Part shown: positions 1 through 12,748 of the stretch, one piece after another
How the letters are laid out: each line of letters opens with the position of its first letter
How positions within the stretch are numbered: position 1 is the stretch's first letter
Origin: Macrostomum hystrix
Lineage: Eukaryota > Animalia > Platyhelminthes
DNA length: 64,000 bases
Assembly (NCBI GenBank): GCA_950097015.1
Contig: CATNEN010000011.1
Location: forward strand, 5,828,001 to 5,892,000
Reading direction: 5' to 3'
Made by a program: the position numbers and the translations under genes
The notes under the pieces: generated by a model
Database searches by the model: none
What the model was told of the DNA's origin: nothing
What the model saw: the letters and a program-made list of their open reading frames with translations, nothing else

Positions 1-393
1 CTAAGAATCCTGTATTTCCATATGATGACTGATATCTAGAAGTGTAGGTAGGCCTGGGTAGGATATGACTGACACAGATTGTACAGTCATTAGGCTCTGA
101 ACTGCTCCTTTTAGAAACAACAAAGAAAAAATTGCGGTTGCACAAAATCTTTCCAGCAATTTAGGTGTAATTAACTACAAGTAAACCAAATGCAAGTGTA
201 TAAGGAGCCACATTCACGTAATGAATGGCGGGGTGTAATCAATGAACCTTGTAGGACAGGTATCGGTAAACTAGCAATCCTTGCTCATCATTCTCCCGCC
301 TCATCTCTCTCTTGTGTCCTGTCTAATATACGACAGACTAAGTCTGTACCGTCCTCTCTCTCGCCTCTCATCTCTCCCCAGTCACATCTCTAT

Positions 394-588
394 TCTGTCT
401 CATGTCTCCCATATCTCATCTCTCCCTTGTCTAATCTCTCCACTGTCTCATCTCTCCCCTGTCTCATCTCTCCCCTGTCTCATCTCTCCCCTGTCTCATC
501 TCTCCCTTGTCTCATCTCTCCCTTGTCTCATCTCTCCCCTGTCTCATCTCCCCCCTGTCTCATCTCTCTCCTGTCTCATTTCTTTAAA
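394..588. repeat. 16-bp minisatellite (TGTCTCATCTCTCCCC)n
   Basis: Unit read directly in tandem. The same family recurs at 47070-47790. The CLISPLSHLSPVSSLP ORFs over it are artefacts. Confidence 0.9.
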
Positions 589-1240
589 TGAAGTTACTTT
601 AAAATTGACAGTTTCCTTAGATAAAGAATGGCAAACCAGTTGCAAGAACCAGGTTAAGAAAATAGATATCCTGTTCCCAAGTATGCTGAAACTGATCAAT
701 ACCAGGTTTAAAAAACACAGAAACAATAATGTGAGAAGCCTCATGGGTGCTTTCAGTGAGAAAGCGAAGAATGACAAAACAACACCAGGCTAACCTTCAG
801 GTGAGCATGAGGGATGAGAAGTGGATTTTACCCTATAATACTGTACGCCTTTTATCAGTCACTCCCCGACACCAGTGTTTCTTATCTCTCTCAGTAGTGT
901 GTATTGTCTGTCAGTTGCCCGGTCACTCCCCAGTGTGTAATGTCTGTCAGTTGCCCAGTCACTCCCCAGTGTGTAAACCATCTTGATAACTAGGCACTGA
1001 ATATACAAGGCACTGAAATTTAGTAAAATTCTGACAGCAAAGTCAGTAATCAAAATCCACCATGTACTACCTTCAGTGGTAATTTGCTCATTTTACAGTC
1101 AGCAAGTGTCACGCAATAAAATACAAGATAACTTATACAAGATGCCGTCAAACAGTCAATAAACTCTGTCTTGCACAAAAGACACTGTTTAAGAGCTAAG
1201 ACGATTTCAAACAGATAAGATACAGTTTAACTATATTATC

Positions 1241-4200
1241 CTACCTCTCTTTCATTCTCCTACCCTCTCCTTCATTCTCCTACCCTCTCCTTCATTCTCC
1301 TACCCTCTGCTTCATTCTCCTACCCTCTCCTTCATTCTCCTACCCTCTGCTTCATTCTCCTACCCTCTCCTTCATTCTCCTACCCTCTCCTTCATTCTCC
1401 TACCCTCTCCTTCATTCTCCTACCCTCTCCTTCATTCCCCTACCCTCTCCTTCATTCTCCTACCCTCTCCTTCATACTCCTACCCTCTCCTTCATTCTCC
1501 TACCCTCTCCTTCATTCTCCTACCCTCTCCTTCATTCTCATACCCTCTCCTTCATTCTCCTACCCTCTCCTTCATACTCCTACCCTCTCCTTCATTCTCC
1601 TACCCTCTGCTTCATTCTCCTACCCTCTGCTTCATTTTCCTACCCTCTCCTTCATTCCCCTACCCTCTCCTTCATACTCCTACCCTCTCCTTCATTCTCC
1701 TACCCTCTCCTTCATTCTCCTACCCTCTCCTTCATTCCCCTACCCTCTCCTTCATTCTCCTACCCTCTCCTTCATACTCCTACCCTCTCCTTCATTCTCC
1801 TACCCTCTCCTTCATTCTCCTACCCTCTCCTTCATTCTCATACCCTCTCCTTCATTCTCCTACCCTCTCCTTCATTCTCCTACCCTCTCCTTCATTCTCC
1901 TACCCTCTCCTTCATTCTCCTACCCTCTGCTTCATTCTCCTACCCTCTCCTTCATTCTCCTACCCTCTCCTTCATTCTCCTACCCTCTCCTTCATTCTCC
2001 TACCCTCTCCTTCATTCCCCTACCCTCTCCTTCATTCTCCTACCCTCTCCTTCATTCTCCTACCCTCTCCTTCATTCTCCTACCCTCTCCTTCATTCTCC
2101 TACCCTCTCCTTCATTCTCCTACCCTCTCCTTCATTCTCCTACCCTCTCCTTCATTCCCCTACCCTCTCCTTCATTCTCCTACCCTCTCCTTCATACTCC
2201 TACCCTCTCCTTCATTCTCCTACCCTCTCCTTCATTCTACTACCCTCTCCTTCATTCTCATACCCTCTCCTTCATTCTCCTACCCTCTCCTTCATTCTCC
2301 TACCTCTCCTTCATTCTCCTACCCTCTCCTTCATTCCCCTAGCCTCTCCTTCATTCTCCTACCCTCTCCTTCATACTCCTACCCTCTCCTTCATTCTCCT
2401 ACCCTCTCCTTCATTCTCCTACCCTCTCCTTCATTCTCCTACCCTCTCCTTCATTCTCCTACCCTCTCCTTCATTCTCCTACCCTCTCCTTCATACTCCT
2501 ACCCTCTCCTTCATTCTCCTACCCTCTGCTTCATTCTCCTACCCTCTGCTTCATTTTCCTACCCTCTCCTTCATTCCCCTACCCTCTCCTTCATACTCCT
2601 ACCCTCTCCTTCATTCTTCTACTCTCTCCTTCATTCTCCTACCCTCTCCTTTATTCCCCTACCCTCTCCTTCATTCTCTTACCCTCTCCTTCATTCTCCT
2701 ACCCCCTCCGTCATACTCCTACCCTCTCCTTCATACTCCTGACCCCTCCTTCATTCTCCTAACCCCTCCTTCATTCTCCTACCTTCTTCTTCATTCTCCT
2801 ACCCGCTCCTTCATTCTCCTACCCCCTACTTCATTCTCCTACCCTCTCCTTCATTCCCCTACCCTCTCCTTCATTCCCCTACCCTCTCCTTCATTCTCTT
2901 ACCCTCTCCTTCATTCTCCTACCCCCTCCGTCATACTCCTACCCTCTCCTTCATACTCCTGACCCCTCCTTCATTCTCCTAACCCCTCCTTCATTCTCCT
3001 ACCTTCTTCTTCATTCTCCTACCCGCTCCTTCATTCCCCTACCCTCTCCTTCATTCTCCTACCCTCTCCTTCATTCCCCTACCCTCTCCTTCATTCTCCT
3101 ACCCTCTCCTTCATTCCCCTACCCTCTCCTTCATTCTCCTACCCTCTCCTTCATACTCCTACCCTCTCCTTCATTCTCCTACCCTCTCCTTCATTCTCCT
3201 ACCCTCTCCTTCTTTCCCCTACCCTCTCCTTCATTCTCCTACCCTCTCCTTCATACTCCTACCCTCTCCTTCATTCTCCTACCCTCTCCTTCATTCTCCT
3301 ACCCTCTCCTTCATTCCCCTACCCTCTCCATCATTCTCTTACCCTCTCCTTCATTCTCCTACCCCCTCCGTCATACTCCTACCCTCTCCTTCATACTCCT
3401 AACCCCTCCTTCATTCTCCTAACCCCTCCTTCATTCTCCTACCTTCTTCTTCATTCTCCTACCCTCTCCTTCATTCTCCTACCCTCTCCTTCATTCTCCT
3501 ACCCTCTCCTTCATACTCCTACCCTCTCCTTCATTCTCCTACCCTCTCCTTCATTCTCCTACCCTCTCCTTCATTCCCCTACCCTCTCCTTCATTCTCTT
3601 ACCCTCTCCTTCATTCTCCTACCCCCTCCGTCATACTCCTACCCTCTCCTTCATACTCCTAACCCCTCCTTCATTCTCCTACCTTCTTCTTCATTCTCCT
3701 ACCCGCTCCTTCATTCTCCTACCCACTACTTCATTCTCCTACCCTCTCCTTCATTCTCCTACCCTCTCCTTCATTCCCCTACCCCCTCCGTCATACTCCT
3801 ACCCTCTCCTTCATACTCCTAACCGCTCCTTCATTCTCCTACCTTCTTCATCATTCTCCTACCCGCTCCTTCATTCTCCTACCCCCTCCGTCATACTCCT
3901 ACCCTCTCCTTCATACTCCTAACCCCTCCTTCATTCTCCTAACCCCTCCTTCATTCTCCTACCTTCTTCTTCATTCTCCTACCCTCTCCTTCATTCTCCT
4001 ACCCTCTCCTTCATACTCCTACCCTCTCCTTCATTCTCCTACCCTCTCCTTCATTCTCCTACCTTCTTCTTCATTCTCCTACCCTCTCCTTCATTCTCCT
4101 ACCCTCTCCTTCATACTCCTACCCTCTCCTTCATTCTCCTACCCTCTCCTTCATACTCCTACCCTCTCCTTCATTCTCCTACCCTCTCCTTCATTCTCCT

Positions 4201-6238
4201 ACCCTCTGCTTCATTCTCCTACCCTCTCCTTCATTCTCCTACCCTCTCCTTCATTCTCCTACCCTCTGCTTCATTCTCCTACCCTCTCCTTCATTCTCCT
4301 ACCCTCTGCTTCATTTTCCTACCCTCTGCTTCATTCTCCTACCCTCTGCTTCATTCTCCTACCCTCTCCTTCATTCTCCTACCCTCTGCTTCATTCTCCT
4401 ACCCTTTCCTTTATTCTCCTACCCTCTCCTTCATTCTCCTACCCTCTCCTTCATTCTCCTACCCATTCATTCTCCTACCCTCTGCTTCATTCTCCTACCC
4501 CTTCATTCTCCTACCCCTTTATTCTCCTAACCCTTCATTCTCCTACCCTCTCCTTCATACTCCTACCCTCTCCTTCATTCTCCTACCCTCTCCTTCATTC
4601 CCCTACCCTCTCCTTCATTCCCCTACCCTCTCCTTCATTCTCTTACCCTCTCCTTCATTCTCCTACGCTCTCCTTCATTCTCCCACCCACTCCTTCATTC
4701 TCCTACCCCTTCATTCTCCCACCCTCTCCTTCATTCTCCTACCCCTTCATTCTCCCACCCTCTCCTTCATTCTCCTACCCTCTACTTCCTTCACCTACCC
4801 TCTCCTTCATTCTCCTAGCCCTTCATTCTCCTACCCTTCATTCTCCTACCCTCTCCTTCATTCTCCTACCCCTTCATTCTCCTACCCCTTCATTCTCCTA
4901 CCCTCTACTTCCTTCACCTACCCTCTCCTTCATTCTCCTACCCCTTCATTCTCCTACCCTTCATTCTCCTACCCTCTACTTCCTTCACCAACCCTCTCCT
5001 TCATTCTCCAACCCCTTCATTCTCCTACCCCTTCATTTCCTACCCTCTGCTTCATTCTCCTACCCTCTGCTTCATTCTCCTACCATCTGCTTCATTCTCC
5101 TACCCTCTCCTTCATTCTCCTACCCTCTCCTTCATTCTCCTACCTCCTTCATTCTCCTACCCCTTCATTCTCCTGCCCTCTCCCTCATTCTCCTACCCCT
5201 TCACTCTCCCAACCTCTCCTTCATTCTCCTACCCCTTCATTCTCCTACCCCTTCATTCTCCTACTCTCTCCTTCATTCTCCTACCCTCTCCCTCATTCTC
5301 CTACCCTCTCCTTCATTCTCCTACCCTCTCCTTCATTCTCCTACCCTCTGCTTCATTCCCCTACCCTCTGCTTCATTCTCCTACCCTCTGCTTCATTCTC
5401 CTACCCTCTCCTTCATTCTCCTACCCTCTGCTTCATTTTCCTACCCTCTGCTTCATTCTCCTACCCTCTGCTTCATTCTCCTACCCTCTGCTTCATTCTC
5501 CTACCCTCTCCTTCATTCTCCTACCCTCTCCTTCATTCTCCTACCTCCTTCATTCTCCTATCCCTTCATTCTCCTACTCTCTCCTTCATTCTCCTATCCC
5601 TTCATTCTCCTGCCTTCTCCCTCATTCTCCTACCCCTTCACTCTCCCAACCTCTCCTTCATTCTCCTACCCCTTCATTCTCCTACTCTCTCCTTCATTCT
5701 CCTACCCTCTCCCTCATTCTCCTACTCTCTCCTTCATTCTCCTACCCTCTCCTTCATTCTCCTACCCTCTGCTTCATTCCCCTACCCTCTGCTTCATTCT
5801 CCTACCCTCTGCTTCATTCTCCTACCCTCTCCTTCATTCTCCTACCCTCTGCTTCATTTTCCTACCCTCTGCTTCATTCTCCTACCCTCTGCTTCATTCT
5901 CCTACCCTCTCCTTCATTCTCCTACCCTCTGCTTCATTCTCCTACCCTCTCCTTTATTCTCCTACCCTCTCCTTCATTCTCCTACCCTCTCCTTCATTCT
6001 CCTACCCATTCATTCTCCTACCCTCTGCTTCATTCTCCTACCCCTTCATTCTCCTACCCCTTTATTCTCCTAACCCTTCATTCTCCTACCCTCTCCTTCA
6101 TTCTCCTACCCCTTCATTCTCCTACCCTCTCCTTCATTCTCCTAACCCTTCATTCTCCTACCCTCTCCTTCATTCTCCTACCCCTTCATTCTCCTACCCT
6201 CTCCTTCATTCTCCTACCCTCTGCTTCATTCTCCTGCC
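1241..6238. repeat. About 5-kb 20-bp satellite (TACCCTCTCCTTCATTCTCC)n, pyrimidine-rich on the plus strand
   Basis: 20-bp period is visible line by line, with variant units (CTGC, TACTCC, CCCC) and shorter deletion units towards the 3' end. Confidence 0.97.
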
Positions 6239-6967
6239 TTTTCTCCAAGCTCTTACTAGAATAGTACAAATTATTGTCAAACAAGGATGGCCTCAAACAA
6301 AGCAAATAAAATTTTGCAAGAAGTTCAGACCAAACATGACTAGGCAAGTTTTCGCTTTGGCATCAGCTGCAGAATTGAAAGATGCGTACAAGTATAGCAG
6401 CGCCTAGAATAGCTAGAATTCTATATAAGGCATCAAATAATTTCAAGATTCGTGTCTGCAAGTAAACAAATTCAGCAAGTTCAGTTTCCAAGTGGCTATG
6501 AAATCGCTTGACAATCTGAATTGAACGGAAGTCTATGTGCCGATATAATATACTATTTTGTGTCCATTGGCATGCACACGCATTTAAATGCATGATGTTT
6601 ACATTTAACTTGTAAAATTCAATTTCAGAAATGGCAATGAAGAGTTTAGCAGTGTAAACTTTCCTATTATAGAAAATTTCTGCTTGAAGATTATATATGA
6701 TAAATTCGCTATAAGCTGATAAAATCCTGCCAAGCAGAGTCGACACCGCACAGGAAGTAGCGAATTTCAGCTATAGCTTTCATACTGCTGGGCCTGCTAG
6801 GCTGGCTGTGCTAGGCGGTGGACAATCCTTCTTTGACGACAAGATGCTGCAGATTAATGAGTATGATGCGCACTAGAGTCACGAACAGCACAGCACAGTT
6901 ACTGCTGGACTGCATCAAACTGTACATAGCTTTGTGCTGAGATTAGTCTAGATATAGGATAAATCTT

Positions 6968-7620
6968 TCCTATCCTCTCCTTCTCTCTCCTATCCTCTCC
7001 TTCTCTCTCCTATCCTCTCCTTCTCTCTCTTATCCTCTCTCTCTCTCCTATCCTCTCCTTCTCTCTCTTATCCTCTCCTTCTCTCTCCTATCCTCTCCTT
7101 CTCTCTCCTATCCTCTCCTTCTCTCTCCTATCCTCTCCTTCTCTCTCCTATCCTCTCCTTCTCTCTCCTATCCTCTCCTTCTCTCTCCTATCCTCTCCTT
7201 CTCTCTCCTATCCTCTCCTTCTCTCTCCTATCCTCTCCTTCTCTCTCCTATCCTCTCCTTCTCTCTCCTATCCTCTCCTTCTCTCTCTTATCCTCTCCTT
7301 CTCTCTCCTATCCTCTCCTTCTCTCTCTTATCCTCTCCTTCTCTCTCCTATCCTCTCCTTCTCTCTCCTATCCTCTCCTTCTCTCTCCTATCCTCTCCTT
7401 CTCTCTCCTATCCTCTCCTTCTCTCTCCTATCCTCTCCTTCTCTCTCCTATCCTCTCCTTCTTTCTCTTATCCTCTCCTTCTCTCTCCTATCCTCTCCTT
7501 CTCTCTCTTATCCTCTCCTTCTCTCTCTTATCCTCTCCTTCTCTCTCCTATCCTCTCCTTCTCTCTCTTATCCTCTCCTTCTCTCTCTTATCCTCTCCTT
7601 CTCTCTCTTACTCTCCTTCA
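6968..7620. repeat. 20-bp satellite (TATCCTCTCCTTCTCTCTCC)n
   Basis: Direct tandem repeat. The unit is a variant of the 1241-6238 satellite. Confidence 0.95.
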
Positions 7621-7916
7621 CTCTCTCCTATCTTCTTCTTTTTCTCTCTCATAATCTTTCCTTCTCTCTTATCCTGTCTTATCCTCTACTTTACTCTCTT
7701 ATCCCTTTCCTTTTCTATCTTTCCTATCCTCTACTTTCAACCCTTCCCTACTCTCTCTGATTGTATATTTTATAATATCATTCTCTCTCTCTCCTACTCC
7801 GAATACTCAGAGTATTCGAATATTCTAGCATGAACCCGTAGACGATCCCAAAACCCATAAACTGTACCTGAACCCATGGATAACACACCTGAAACTATTT
7901 ACTACTCGCGTGAAGA

Positions 7917-8090
7917 CCATAGACTACACCGAAGCCCATAGACTACACCGAAGCCCATAGACTGCACGGAAGCCCATAGACTACACCGAAGCCCATAGAC
8001 TACACCGAAGCCCATAGACTACACCGAAGCCCATAGACTGCACGGAAGCCCATAGACTACACCGAAGCCCATAGACTACACCAGAATCCA
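7917..8090. repeat. 19-bp minisatellite (GAAGCCCATAGACTACACC)n
   Basis: Direct tandem repeat sharing the core CCCATAGACTACAC with 8893-9505. Confidence 0.9.
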
Positions 8091-8892
8091 CAGACTAAAG
8101 TAGAAAGTTCAGGACCCATAGACTACACCAGTATAAAAAAAATTAAACATCTAACAGAGTTCAAAATGACTCAAATCTTCAAAGATTTACTGTACTAAAA
8201 ATTTAGTTTTTAATAATTAATAGGGAATTTAAATAATAGTTTTTAAGGATGGACTAAAGAATTTAGTAAACGGAAAATTCAATCTAATCAGTCTAGTTTA
8301 AACTAGTGATCGCGTCACGGTGCTGTGCTGTAGCTCCTTGATCACGCAGTGACAATGCAGTTTACAGCGCTAAACGAGGTCCAATAGAAACAGGAGCGGA
8401 TGAGGTGGGTGGCTGGCCAGACCTAGCTTTAAATGCGCCAGCAATTGTTGCAGACCGCTTCAACGAGAGTTACTGGGCATGGCTTCGCCTCCGCAGCCTC
8501 GGTGCCTTGACTATAAGCCTGCCATTTGGTAAGTTTAAGTTATGGTTGACTGAATCGGCCGGCACAACACTGATAACAATCCCACACTGCAAAGCTGGTT
8601 TGAGGCTGTCCAAAACAGATCGAATATAGTGCCAATTGATTTCTGTTTCGATTGCTAATCTGCAGAAATGGCTGTTTAAGAAACTGCCTTTCATTTTTGG
8701 TCCCCTTAAACCAGTTGCGCTGTACGGATCGCACAGCTCCTACTCGGACTTAAACCGTTTAATAAGTTAACATTTATTTCACCACAAAAAATAAACCGAC
8801 TGCAACATTTTTTATTGCAATTTGATACCGTCTTTCCTGTCTTTCATTTTACAAGTATAACAGTATCACGCTAGTAACTGAACAAACAGCGA

Positions 8893-9505
8893 ACCTGAAC
8901 CCATAGACTACACACCTGAACCCATAGACTACACACCTGAACCCATAGACTACACACCTGAACCCATAGGCTAACCAACTGAACCCATAGACTACACACC
9001 TGAACCCATAGACTACACACCTGAACCCATAGACTACACACCTGAACCCATAGACTACACAACACACCTGAACCCATAGACTACATACCTGAACCCATAG
9101 ACTACACACCTGAACCCATAGACTAACTAACTGAACCCATAGACTACACACCTGAACCCATAGACTAACTGAACCCATAGACTACACACCTGAACCCATA
9201 GACTACACACCTGAACCCATAGACTAACTGAACCCATAGACTACACACCTGAACCCATAGACTACACACCTGAACCCATAGACTACACACCTGAACCCAT
9301 AGACTACACACCTGAACCCATAGACTAACTGAACCCATAGACTACACACCTGAACCCATAGACTAACTGAACCCATAGACTACACACCTGAACCCATAGA
9401 CTAACTGAACCCACAGACTACACACCTGAACCCATAGACTACACACCTGAACCCATAGACTACACACCTGAACCCATAGACTACACACCTGAACCCATAG
9501 ACTAC
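8893..9505. repeat. 21-bp minisatellite (CTGAACCCATAGACTACACAC)n
   Basis: Direct tandem repeat with interspersed shorter variants. Confidence 0.95.
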
Positions 9506-10321
9506 GAGTACTAGCCAAAACACCATGGGCTACATTCCTTAAGCTGAGAAACCAGCATGATGCGAACCGTCGATCTCAAACGTGACAGACGACAATGATG
9601 CAATGAAGCAAACGAAAATGAATGAAGTGTAATACAATATATTTTATTAAAACTAGCTTTTTCTTGTGAGCAATGGGGTTGGTACAAATAAAAAATGTGC
9701 ATTTTCGTATTTATTTTTGTAATGTCCAAATCTGCCAAATGTAATCACGTAAAGAATAAATTATACTGAATATAATTACAGCGAAATAGAAAATAAATAA
9801 ATTTAGTTTATAAGTAGCTACACGCGCAATGGTTTTTTGACGGGACTAAACGTATAAAACTTATTGATCTAATCATGGGTCCACACAGGACAGACTTTCA
9901 GAGGACTGTGCTTTCCTTTCAACCTCTTCAGCTTCACATAGATATAAAAAAGCAAATATACAAGCAAGTTTACTATAAGAAAATGGCAAAATTAGAAAAT
10001 AGAAAACAAACACTTAACTGACTATTGCCAGTAGCTATGTATGAACGATAACGAGATGAATTCGCGTCTACTACTGATGTAGTCCTCTAATGTGGCATTA
10101 TACTGATTTAAATGTACTCGTTATTAGGCGGTATACATGATACGCTACTAACAATAGTATAATGCATACAAAATAAAAGGCCTATTTAATTTCTGTATCA
10201 TTGGGGCACGTCAGTAATTGAGAAGTAAGAAAAAAACTTGCCATATATTGAGGCTTAAGTACAAACGTTCAACTATTAGACTCAATAATATGATAAGAAT
10301 ATAGTCAGAGTTCAACCAATC

Positions 10322-10910
10322 GTTGAGGTGTGGGTCTGGGCTGGGGTGAATCTACATCTGCCGGGGGTTGAGGTGTGGGTCTGGGCTGGGAGTGAATGTA
10401 CAACTGCCGGGGGTTGAGGTGTGGGTCTGAGCTGGGAGTAAATGTACAACTGCCGGGGGTTGAGGTGTGGGTCTGGGCTGGGAGTGAATGTACATCTGCC
10501 GGGGGTTGAGGTGTGGGTTTGGGCTGGGGTGAATGTACATCTGCCGGGGGTTGAGGTGTGAGTCTGGGCTGGGAGTGAATGTACATCTGCCGGGGGTTGA
10601 GATGTGGGTCTGGGCTGGGGGTGAATGTACATCTGCCGGGGTTGAGGTGTGGGTCTGGGCTGGGATTGAATGTACATCTGCCGGGGTTGAGGTGTGGGTC
10701 TGAGCTGGGAGTAAATGTACAACTGCCGGGGGTTGAGGTGTGGGTCTGAGCTGGGAGTAAATGTACAACTGCCGGGGGTTGAGGTGTGGGTCTGAGCTGG
10801 GAGTAAATGTACAATTGCCGGGGGTTGAGGTGTGGGTCTGGGCTGGGAGTAAATGTACAACTGCCGGGGGTTGAGGTGTGGGTCTGGGCTGGGAGTGAAT
10901 GTACATCTGT
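10322..10910. repeat. About 46-bp G-rich minisatellite (GTTGAGGTGTGGGTCTGGGCTGGGAGTGAATGTACAACTGCCGGGG)n
   Basis: Period of 45-47 bp read directly. Each unit has four G-tracts. Confidence 0.93.
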
Positions 10911-11555
10911 TAGGGGTTGCTGGCATACCTGTTAGGGTCATTAGCATTAGCACTTCACAATTGATATAACTGATTGTTAATATTGTCGGAATTTAAGGCG
11001 AAAAATATGGCATAAGTAAGACAACTGCACAAGAACGAAAAAATGCATGAACTCATAAAGGTTAACATTAAGTTTAACCCGTCAGCGAATCACTGTAGCG
11101 TTGCAGCAAATGTTACTATTTACTAATTACAGCAGTACAGATGTGACTCAAACTACAACTAACTCAGAAGCAAATAATTCAGCAGGCTGTAAAAATAAAA
11201 TAACAGTAGTTAGATGGACAGGCTAAAGACATGCACAAAATATGCTAACAAGATCAACATCTTCTTAGCAGTCGGCAGATCATTGGAAACTGGCAAAATT
11301 TGAAGTTAATTTAAATAGTTAAGCCAGGGTAGACAAATACTAAAAATAGAGCAGACACGAATAATTTGATTAATGCTTTATAGGGTTTAAAACAGAGAAA
11401 GAAAAGTTCAAATTGGTTAAAAAGCAGATTGGAATATCTTTCTGGTCAGATTTTTCCCCGCAAATTAGCGCAGAAAATTGAAGCTAAAAACGAAGGAAAA
11501 TAGTGCCAGTATGCGCCTTTGACACTGCGATTAACCATGTCCAACTGAAAAACTA

Positions 11556-12212
11556 GAGAGAGGACTGACAAGTCAGAGACAGGACTGACAAGACAGAGAG
11601 AGGACTGACAAGTCAGAGAGAGGACTGACAAGTCAGAGAGAGGACTGACAAGTCAGAGAGAGGACTGACAAGTCAGAGAGAGGACTGACAAGTCAGAGAG
11701 AGGACTGACGAGTCAGAGAGAGGACTGACAAGTCAGAGAGAGGACTGACGAGTCAGAGAGAGGACTGACAAGTCAGAGAGAGGACTGACGAGTCAGAGAG
11801 AGGACTGACGAGTCAGAGAGAGGACTGACAAGTCGGAGAGAGGACTGACAAGTCAGAGAGAGGACTGACAAGTCGGAGACAGGACTGACAAGTCGGAGAG
11901 AGGACTGACAAGTCAGAGAGAGGACTGACAAGACAGAGAGAGGACTGACAAGTCGGAGAGAGGACTGACAAGACAGAGAGAGGACTGACAAGTCAGAGAG
12001 AGGACTGACAAGTCAGAGAGAGGACTGACAAGTCAGAGAGAGGACTGACAAGTCAGAGAGAGGACTGACAAGTCAGAGAGAGGACTGACAAGACAGAGAG
12101 AGGACTGACAAGACAGAGAGAGGACTGACAAGACAGAGAGAGGACTGACAAGACAGAGAGAAGACTGACAAGACAGAGACAGGACTGACAAGACAGAGAC
12201 AGGACTGACAAG
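11556..12212. repeat. 20-bp minisatellite (AGAGAGAGGACTGACAAGTC)n
   Basis: Direct tandem repeat. Confidence 0.95.
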
Positions 12213-12748
12213 GCATAGGGACAGAAAACATGTCAAAGACAACTCTCAACAGAACATCCGTTGGTGACAGCTCTAAAGAAACGCATATAAAAACAATCCA
12301 GTTATTAATTTAGAAAGTAACGCACTAAGCTAAGCAATGAACTGCTGATATATGATGATTATATGATGATTAATAATACTACGAAAGGCACCGCTCATTT
12401 TTGCGCATTTTTGGACGAAACAAAGACAGGGTTTTAAGAAACAAGAACAAATTATCGCTTAGAACCTTTGGGAGCTAAAAAACATAATTTATAATCTTAG
12501 TAAAATTGCACTGAAAGTTTTTTGTTTGATAATTGTACTCTCCGTATTATGTCATTCAACTCATCGAGGATTTAGAATGAAGTTTTTATTAAACAAAAGT
12601 CAAAGGCTATAACGTTACAGAGCAAAAGAATAAAGGCGTTATTTAAAAGAAGCAAAGTATTTTAGTAGATTAATGGGAGAGCAGAGCAAAAAAAACACGG
12701 AAAGACACGGCGGACAAACAAACAGGCGGGTTCTAGCGCACAGCTGCA

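Noticed and set aside
190-793. ORFs of 133 and 170 aa at the window start
   Set aside because: They are mostly translations of the 16-bp minisatellite, and the unique part has no recognisable motif.
6363-6746. 127-aa helical-looking minus-strand ORF between the satellites
   Set aside because: No motif, AT-rich, and no consistent splice partners. It could be an exon of an unresolved gene, but this is not supportable.
8393-8528. Possible exon reading VGGWP...LRSLGALTISL ending at GTAAGT, reminiscent of M13 peptidases
   Set aside because: Only a short motif match, and no other M13 exons (such as HExxH) were found nearby.
10305-12242. Multiple long ORFs over the 46-bp and 20-bp arrays
   Set aside because: They are repeat translations open in several frames.
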